The notes below the pieces were generated by a model. It was not told where the DNA came from. It did no database searches and was given only the letters and a program-made list of their open reading frames with translations. A program made the translations under genes and the position numbers. Of a DNA stretch of 7,322 nt, positions 1-7,240 are shown piece after piece. Every line of letters starts with the position of its first letter. The stretch's first letter is position 1. Source of the DNA: Trichoplax adhaerens (Eukaryota; Animalia; Placozoa); assembly GCF_000150275.1 (NCBI RefSeq), contig NW_002061247.1, forward strand, positions 1 through 7,322. Direction: 5' to 3'.

Positions 1-589
1 CATCTTGATGAGAAAGTAGGCAAAACGTTGATGCAAATGGACGAGAAGTGCAGTAAAAAGGGTAAGCCGATCGATCGATGCTGTAATAGAGTGGAAATTG
101 GCATGAATTTATTTTCCAACTTGAACATGATGGCCGATCAAATAGAACAACTTGGTTATTGTTGATGTGCTGAAACGATGTCCAGTTGGAATGGATGGAA
201 GAAAGGGAAGAACTCGAATGTTAGCTAGTTTTGGATCATGACTACGCGGAGGCATTCATCCCATGTCGGAGCTATGCAAGGCCATCAATCGTCTTGCACT
301 CTTTTTCTCATGGCCATTTGTAGAGAAGGATGGATTATGTTGATGATTGTCCATCTTATCGACCTGTATGGGATGTAGTCGTCTTGCATCGATACTGCAC
401 AAACTAGTTTATCTCGGCTGATTGAATGCCGTCTACCGTGTCCTTGAATGGATACCAAGCAAGCAACTCCTGCATCAAGACAGTGGTTGGATGGGATTAG
501 TCCTCAACCTGCGCTCATGTATCTCTTCTCGACTAGGTGATGATGGAACGTTGATCGTCGATGAAAATGCTCCACTGGCTGACAGCTAG
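1..589 (+). pseudogene. Possible decayed or spliced coding fragments, product unknown
   Basis: Frame 1 is open from the window edge to TGA at 163-165 (HLDEKVGKTLMQMDEKCSKK...ADQIEQLGYC). A second frame is open at 422-589 (LNAVYRVLEWIPSKQLLHQDSGWMGLVLNLRSCISSRLGDDGTLIVDENAPLADS). Donor-like GTAAGC at 62 and GTATGG at 590. No family recognised, and the frames are short enough to be chance. Confidence 0.2.
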
Positions 590-593
590 GTAT

Positions 594-838
594 GGAATGG
601 AGTAGAAAATGATGGCTAGGAATAGAGTAGAAAATGATGGCTAGGAATAGAGTAGAAAATAATGGGCAGGAATGGAGTAGAAAATAATGGGCAGGAATAG
701 AGTAGAAAATAATGGGCAGGAATAGAGTAGAAAATAATGGGCAGGAATGGAGTAGAAAATGATGGCCAGAAATGGAGGAGAAAATGATGGCCAGAAATGA
801 AGCAGAAAATGATGGCCAGAAATGGAGGAGAAAATGAT
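594..838. repeat. 25-bp minisatellite, ~10 copies, consensus approx. GGAATRGAGTAGAAAATRATGGSYA
   Basis: The AGTAGAAAAT core (AGGAG/AGCAG in later copies) recurs at 601, 626, 651, 676, 701, 726, 751, 776, 801 and 826, an exact 25-bp period with no indels. Confidence 0.97.
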
Positions 839-1193
839 CCGACAGAGGAATGGATTTTTCTGGCCGACAGTGCTGTTATTGTACTCTACTGGCCATGCTA
901 TGAAAGAGCATCAACAACGCTAGAATTAGATTAGCATCCTGGACATGAACTACAGTAGCAATTGGGAAAAGGGGGGCCAGGCCACGCCAACAAAATACAC
1001 GATGAAGAGAAAAAAATAAATAACCCATCGATCGATCGTCTCCGACACCATCGCCATGATGATCGTATTGGCAAATTGCAATCGTGTTCATCTTACCTGC
1101 AATGGTAGATTGGACAAAGACGTTGCAGTCTTGCGATGCCACTCTTATTATCAATCAATATTGAGCCGATGAGCAATAGAAGAGCTAATTTAG

Positions 1194-1544
1194 ATGCACA
1201 ACAAAACTACTGTGGCCAATAATAGAGTCGACGATTTCTCATCACTTGTTAATATTATGCCCCCAAAATACAATAGCTATGATGAACTGGCCCAAGTTGT
1301 CTTGTGTATACTAAACAGACAATTAGACGCTGTCATCAATGCAATCCTACAGTCTGGATGTCCGTTGTTTGCTCTTATCCATCATTTGAATGCAATGGCA
1401 CTTGTTTTTCTTCTTGTTTGGATACTAATGATTTCAATGATTGGCTTTTGGCCCAATAATAACAATCATTGTCATCCAAATCATTTGAAGGTTGTATGGC
1501 TCTCCTGCCTTGCAAGCCTATTGTATAGCCATTGGACACTATGA
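1194..1544 (+). CDS. Hypothetical 116-aa ORF with one hydrophobic segment; may be spurious or an exon remnant
   Basis: Longest ORF in the track that is free of Ns and tandem repeats. ATG start. Hydrophobic stretch ALVFLLVWILMISMIGFW. No recognisable domain. Confidence 0.15.
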   Translation: MHNKTTVANNRVDDFSSLVNIMPPKYNSYDELAQVVLCILNRQLDAVINAILQSGCPLFALIHHLNAMALVFLLVWILMISMIGFWPNNNNHCHPNHLKVVWLSCLASLLYSHWTL

Positions 1545-1593
1545 TACTGTCAACATTGAAATGGCATCGCTGGCAATGGTGGAAAGAAGCTGC

Positions 1594-2203
1594 ATGGACT
1601 GCAGCGACTAAATTGACAATAACATGGTGGATTACTGTTATTTGCAGTCTCTACACCCTATGCAAGGATGTAGTCCTACCAGATGGACTGCAGCGACTAA
1701 ATTGGCAATAACATGATGGATTACTGCTATTTGCAGTCTCTACACCCTATGCAAGGATGTAGTCCTACCAGATGGACTGCAGCGACTAAATTGGCAATAA
1801 CATGATGGATTACTGTTAGTTGCAGTCTCTACACCTTAGCATGGATGTAGTCCTACCAGATGAACTGCAGCGACTAAATTGGCAATAACATGATGGATTA
1901 CTGCTATTTGCAGTCTCTACACTCTATGCAAGGATGTAGTTCTACCAGATGAACTGCAGCGACTAAATTGGCAATAACATGATGGATTACTGTTATTTGC
2001 AGTCTCTACACCTTAGCATGGATGTAGTCCTACCAGATGGACTGCAACGACTAAATTGGCAATAACATGATGGATTGCTGCTATTTGCAGTCTCTACACC
2101 CTATGCATGGATGTAGTCCTACCAGATGGACTGCAACGACTAAATTGGCAATAACATGATGGATTACGGCTATTTCCAGTACACCCTATCCAGTTCCTAC
2201 CAG
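1594..2203. repeat. 88/89-bp tandem array: 6 near-identical copies plus a decayed 7th
   Basis: The unit ATGGACTGCAGCGACTAAATTGGCAATAACATGATGGATTACTGYTATTTGCAGTCTCTACACCCTATGCAAGGATGTAGTCCTACCAG starts at 1594, 1683, 1772, 1860, 1949, 2037 and 2126 (periods 89, 89, 88, 89, 88, 89). The 7th copy has internal deletions. Confidence 0.98.
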
Positions 2204-2428
2204 TTCAACTGTCCTTGTGCCTGATTGAATTCTATTTTTACAGTGTGTCAAGCTTTTGCATTGGATTGCAGTACGCCTACAGACCCTAAGTTGTATCTGG
2301 TATCCAGTACAAAAACAAGGTCAAATATGGATGGAGATACTACTGTCTGTCTCCATTCCAGTATAGCATCAACACCAGTCGAGTGCAATTGATCTGTGAT
2401 TGCTCGATGTTGGATCGGATGTCTATCG

Positions 2429-2509
2429 CAGTGGACAGTCATTTTATTAGGGGGTCTGTTGAATTGAGTTTGATTTTTGGAGGACAGTACAACAAATGAC
2501 CGTCCACTG
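2429..2509. repeat. 81-bp segment bounded by 16-bp inverted repeats (15/16 match)
   Basis: CAGTGGACAGTCATTT (2429-2444) versus AAATGACCGTCCACTG (2494-2509). Confidence 0.75.
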
Positions 2510-2601
2510 TCCTGTATTGGGGCCATCCGTTATGATGAACATTTCTTTCTCGGTAAATGCTAAACATGCAGATGTAGTACTGTATCGAGTAGAGCTGCTT
2601 G

Positions 2602-2627
2602 TCTCTCTCTCTCTCTTTTTTTTTTTT
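2602..2627. repeat. (TC)7 microsatellite joined to a T12 run
   Basis: TCTCTCTCTCTCTC at 2602-2615 followed by 12 T at 2616-2627. Confidence 0.9.
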
Positions 2628-3003
2628 ACCACAGTACAGTACTCCATCAGTCAGAATGACGCCATAACAACCTTTGCGTTCCAATTTTGCCATCGTCTCC
2701 TTCATTGACGGGTGGCAAGAAAGCTAGGGACAGCAAACGGCCTGTTCAATGCAAACTACAGTAACATAGGCTTGTCACTTTGCCCATCGTTCTACTACGA
2801 CAGTAGCCATCCAACATTCTACCAAAATCGACTTCCTTTTCCACTACATGCAATGAAAATGACGAATAACCTCATCAGTCGTCCAACTTGGAGCATAGTA
2901 GGCGACCATCATCAAGACGACAGCAGTACTACAGCACTTGCAGTACAATTTGAGTAGACCGCGGCCTATGCATTAAGCGTCTACTAGACAGCCAAGTCAT
3001 TCA

Positions 3004-3416
3004 NNNNNNNNNNNNNNNNNNNNNNNNNNNNNNNNNNNNNNNNNNNNNNNNNNNNNNNNNNNNNNNNNNNNNNNNNNNNNNNNNNNNNNNNNNNNNNNNN
3101 NNNNNNNNNNNNNNNNNNNNNNNNNNNNNNNNNNNNNNNNNNNNNNNNNNNNNNNNNNNNNNNNNNNNNNNNNNNNNNNNNNNNNNNNNNNNNNNNNNNN
3201 NNNNNNNNNNNNNNNNNNNNNNNNNNNNNNNNNNNNNNNNNNNNNNNNNNNNNNNNNNNNNNNNNNNNNNNNNNNNNNNNNNNNNNNNNNNNNNNNNNNN
3301 NNNNNNNNNNNNNNNNNNNNNNNNNNNNNNNNNNNNNNNNNNNNNNNNNNNNNNNNNNNNNNNNNNNNNNNNNNNNNNNNNNNNNNNNNNNNNNNNNNNN
3401 NNNNNNNNNNNNNNNN
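3004..3416. other. N-run of 413 bases (assembly gap or masked sequence)
   Basis: Directly visible. A lone N at 3463 suggests a low-quality contig end, which favours an assembly gap. Confidence 0.97.
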
Positions 3417-3488
3417 GGCGGATGTCGGTCAGGCGCACACCGATCATTTTGCTTGGTTGATTNTGCGCAAAACTGGCAGCGACTGCCC

Positions 3489-3619
3489 GTACAGTACTGC
3501 GTACTGTATGTTGACAGTATACAGTACGGTAGGAAGACTAGTACTGTACTGTACACTATAGTACAGTACTGTATATTGACAGTGTACAGTACGGCCGAAT
3601 ATAGTACTATGTACTGTAC
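3489..3619. repeat. Low-complexity cluster of TACAGTAC/GTACTGTA motifs
   Basis: Dense GTAC, TACAGTA and TACTGTA words in both orientations, including the perfect palindrome TACAGTACTGTA at 3562-3573. Confidence 0.85.
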
Positions 3620-3857
3620 AAGTTGTCCCAGAACTTTTTCCCGATAAATTTTAAAAATAAAAAATTGAAATTTTTGTCGATTTTCAATAAAATACATATC
3701 AGTCGATAGAGGAAGAGTTAAATTATTAGAATCCATTGGCAGAATTCACGTACGATATCTGATTTCTCCATAATTCAAGTTCTACTGCAAACCGTTATTT
3801 TGAAAACTACAGTACTTAAAAAGTACCATACTGTACAGTACTGTATATTGACAGTGT
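3561..3857. repeat. Exact 25-bp direct repeat pair flanking an AT-rich block
   Basis: GTACAGTACTGTATATTGACAGTGT at 3561-3585 and 3833-3857. Confidence 0.85.
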
Positions 3858-4151
3858 CAGGACGGTGGTGCAAAACACAAGCCTTGGACCAGTACACTGT
3901 GAATATTGGAACTCGAGCAGATCAACCATATTAGCAGACTAGAAATCAAATCGTATTTCTAGTCGTCCATCACTCAACTAACCCCATTAATTGAATTGAA
4001 TTTCATTTCCACAACCCTTTTTTACAGTAGAGCACTTCCATAGTGTATTCTTGAATTGCATTATCATTTGAAAATGCTCAACATTTTGACCCAATCTTTG
4101 CTGACAACCCAAAATACCCATACTTCATGTGATATGCTACATCTGGTCGTG

Positions 4152-4722
4152 ACATCAATCGACGCGGACGGTAGTACGCTACAAGAATACCATTGCTAGA
4201 ATAGAATCAATGCCAAAGAATACAGGACATCATGCTTAGCTTGCAAGACAGTATATGCCGTGACGAAGGGGTTTTCTTCGCGGATACATATGCAAATACA
4301 TCAATCTACCCGGACGGTAGTACGCTACAATAATGCCATGGGCAGAAATCGTAGAATGAATGCCAAAGAATACTGGACAACAACATGCTTAGGTTGCATC
4401 ACATTATGCAAATACATCAATCTACCCGGACGGTAGTACGCCTCAATAATACTATTGCTAGAATAGAATCAATGCCAAAGAATACTGGACATTGGACTAC
4501 AACATGCTTAGGTTGCATCACAGTATGTGCAGTGACGAAGGAGTTTTCTTCGCGGATACATTTGCAAATACATCAATCTACCCGGACGGTAGTACGCTAC
4601 AATAATACCATGGGTAGAAATCGTAGAATGAATGCCAAAGAATACTGGACAACAACATGCTTAGGTGGCATGACAGTATGTGCAGTGACGAAAGGGTTTT
4701 GTTCGCTGATATATGTGCAAAT
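4152..4722. repeat. ~153-bp tandem array, 4 diverged copies in A-B-A-B order
   Basis: ACATCAATC...CGGACGGTAGTACGC starts at 4152, 4298, 4414 and 4570, giving unit lengths 146, 116, 156 and 153. Confidence 0.96.
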
Positions 4723-4959
4723 AGCCTTAATTAATAATGAATAAAGTGTAATATAGCAATAATACAGCCCACACTAGTTCCGGCAGGAAGTAAAGGAATA
4801 AATCATTCCATCCCCTTACTTCTAGTTGCTGTAATTAGCAAATAACAAGAACAAAGTCAATCCTTCTTCAAACTCGTTTGCAAGCTGATTGTTCTTTCTT
4901 TACAGTGCAGTAATTAGACACGTAGAGGATACTTTTGCCTACAAGTATAGCAAGCATAA

Positions 4960-5228
4960 NNNNNNNNNNNNNNNNNNNNNNNNNNNNNNNNNNNNNNNNN
5001 NNNNNNNNNNNNNNNNNNNNNNNNNNNNNNNNNNNNNNNNNNNNNNNNNNNNNNNNNNNNNNNNNNNNNNNNNNNNNNNNNNNNNNNNNNNNNNNNNNNN
5101 NNNNNNNNNNNNNNNNNNNNNNNNNNNNNNNNNNNNNNNNNNNNNNNNNNNNNNNNNNNNNNNNNNNNNNNNNNNNNNNNNNNNNNNNNNNNNNNNNNNN
5201 NNNNNNNNNNNNNNNNNNNNNNNNNNNN
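4960..5228. other. N-run of 269 bases (assembly gap or masked sequence)
   Basis: Directly visible. Confidence 0.97.
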
Positions 5229-7240
5229 ACCCAAGTATTTTTATAAGATGACTTGTGAATGTTAGCTGCTGTAGAAGGGTATATAAGCCCGTCAGATAGT
5301 TGAATAAAGCAGTTCTCAATTGTCTAGTTGAGTTTAACGTAGAATTAAAGGCGTCTAAATTCTTGTGAGGTAGTTAAGGGATACTGAATCCCGGAGACTA
5401 TAGTAATTTAGAGATTTGTTTTACGTTATCCTTGTCACGAAGCTGGTTTGTGACAGTCAGATAGAAACAGTACAGGACGCGTACAGCACGATACCATTGC
5501 AAGCATTTTAAAGTGTGCACGCTTGTACTTCTCCCCACGTGTAATTTAAAGTCAAACAAATTGCTGCAACTTTTTACATGAATAGGACACAAGTACAGCA
5601 TGCCATGCGATGGTGCCATGGATATCTTCACTTCCAGCAGTTGCCAAATCTGATACAGTGTCCATGGTGGAGTATAACAACTGCAGCATGCATACAATAT
5701 ATCGCACTTTTGCCAATAGTCCACAACGCACACTCAATATCCACAAACGATCATGCTGTCATGACAAATGCTGTACGTTTTCTTGATTCAAATTTTCCAA
5801 TAAGGCATTGCTGACTTTGCTTTACCCGTACAACTGTGAGTATATTCTAGAAATGTAGATTATTGGGTATTAACAGAAGGGGCTACCACATTTACACATA
5901 CCACGCATGGTACAGTATCTGTGTTGGGGAAGCGATAGAAAATTAAGCTAGTATGTACAGTACAGTATTATACGCGATCGTACGAAGATTTACCTCCCAA
6001 TAGTATGGCAGATTGATATTCCAAATACGGTAAACCATCAAGGGCTGCTCAACATACCCGTATCCAGGCAGTTTTCTAGGTTATGCTATAAAAGGAAGAT
6101 CAAGTCAATTGATAACATAACGATGTACTGATATTTCATTTTTTACTGAATCTCCAAGAGTATCGCATAGTCAATATTCTAACTTACTGTGTTATCTCTG
6201 TAAGCAGAAATGGAGCGGCATTCCTATTACTACATTAGAAAATGGTGCGCATTCTGACTAGCCGCTACATACCTCATAGCAATCGTTGATGAACAGAAAG
6301 TACAGCTACACAACAACTCGTAGTTGTTTACAGCAGCGTTTTCGAGGGTAAATATAATTTTATTAAGGGCAACTTAATGCCAAAATTGCAATCTACCAAA
6401 TTACCAGTCTTTTCACCGTTTCAACAATCCCTATATCGAGCCTCTTCTCATCAATGATGCATGAATGATCGATTTGTCATTTAAATCAAGTTGGCATTTA
6501 TCTTTCCGTCTGTGACTTTGACCTACAGTATACAGTATACTGTACACACTATGACACAGTACTGTACTGTACAGCATGCAGTGTACTGTAGACAGAAGAC
6601 GGTACAGTATAATTTAGCATACTGTACAAGTGTACATACAGTACGAGTACAGAGAGACTGAATTAATGTACACATCATTCATCACTGTCCTTGATCGATG
6701 GGTGTATTTTACAACTTTCTTTACTCTTCGCAGATGTCCTCTGCAATGTTTAGGATATTGTTAACATGCAAATACAATACCAATGTGTGTTGATTTAGTA
6801 CCGTCAATGAGGACGGCCGAGAAAGCTTAAGCGCTTCTACTATGGTCAAAGAAATAATACGCTCGTGGTCTATAGATTAAGATCGCTGTCGCAGAAGCGT
6901 AGTAAATACGCATCAAGATCTTTAGCTTCTACTTCCCCTCCTTACCAGGGTATCTCACCAATATTTTTCATACTCTTGCACACTTCCATGTACGGTAGAT
7001 CATACAGTAGTGACAGTACATCATTTTACTACTGTAGTAACATGGTAGAGTAGCATTTGCGGCAGTTTACGGACGCAGGAAACTTTGTATAGTATGTACT
7101 GTATGGCCTGATTGGTAAAAGTCGACTTTTTAGGGAGATTTCCATGTTCACGACAAATTTCCGATCCATTAGCATTTTAATTGGCTGGTTGATAGAGTAG
7201 ATCAGAATTGACGTTGAAGATGATGCTTCAAACTTCAATG
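5229..7240 (-). pseudogene. Possible decayed multi-exon gene on the minus strand, product unknown
   Basis: Protein-like minus-strand segments are interrupted by stops and frameshifts: 7025-6870 NDVLSLLYDLPYMEVCKSMKNIGEIPW*GGEVEAKDLDAYLLRFCDSDLNL*, 6873-6721 IDHERIISLTIVEALKLSRPSS...NILNIAEDICEE*, and ~5450-5229 TNQLRDKDNVKQISKLL*SPGFSIP*LPHKNLDAFNSTL...IKILG. They are separated by TACAG-rich tracts. This is a compositional impression only. Confidence 0.2.
6524..6653. repeat. Second low-complexity TACAGTAC/GTACTGTA cluster
   Basis: TACAGTATACAGTATACTGTAC at 6524, ACAGTACTGTACTGTACAG at 6556, and further GTAC words to ~6650. Confidence 0.8.

Noticed and set aside
594-838. Coding repeat or telomeric repeat
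   Set aside because: The period of 25 is not a multiple of 3 and stops appear as the frame rotates. The array is internal and heterogeneous and matches no telomere motif I know.
1594-2203. CRISPR array
   Set aside because: The whole 88/89-bp unit repeats with no unique spacers, and no cas-like ORF is present. The same applies to the other two arrays.
1594-2203. Tandem hammerhead ribozyme on the minus strand (CUGGUAG-stem-GAGAC-stem-GUC order)
   Set aside because: The topology is superficially similar, but the core CUGANGA reads CUGGUAG, GAAA is absent, and only 3 nt are available for stem I.
1594-2203. tRNA or tRNA-derived SINE array (D-arm-like GTCC-ATCTGGTA-GGAC on the minus strand; TTAGCAT loop in the 88-bp copies)
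   Set aside because: There is no T-arm/B-box GTTCRA, no acceptor stem, and the two tRNA-like hints lie on opposite strands.
2248-2957. Overlapping short ORFs on both strands (66-92 aa)
   Set aside because: They overlap each other, several cross the (TC)n/Tn run, several use non-ATG starts, and none has a recognisable domain.
3476-3541. Helitron 3' end (GC hairpin plus CTAG)
   Set aside because: The stem is only 5 bp and the nearest downstream CTAG is about 50 bp away, not the usual 10-15 bp.
3453-3647. 64-aa Y/S/T/V-rich ORF
   Set aside because: It is the translation of the low-complexity TACAGTAC cluster.
2984-5319. Long ORFs 2984-3736, 3001-3447, 4889-5251, 4914-5234, 4935-5246 and 4939-5319
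   Set aside because: Their length is an artefact of reading through N-runs.
5229-5733. Alternative genetic code (TAA/TAG read as Gln), suggested by TGA-free frames here on the minus strand and at ~890-1280 on the + strand
   Set aside because: TGA-free runs of about 130-170 codons are not unusual across six frames of 7 kb, and there is no homologous protein to anchor a reassignment.
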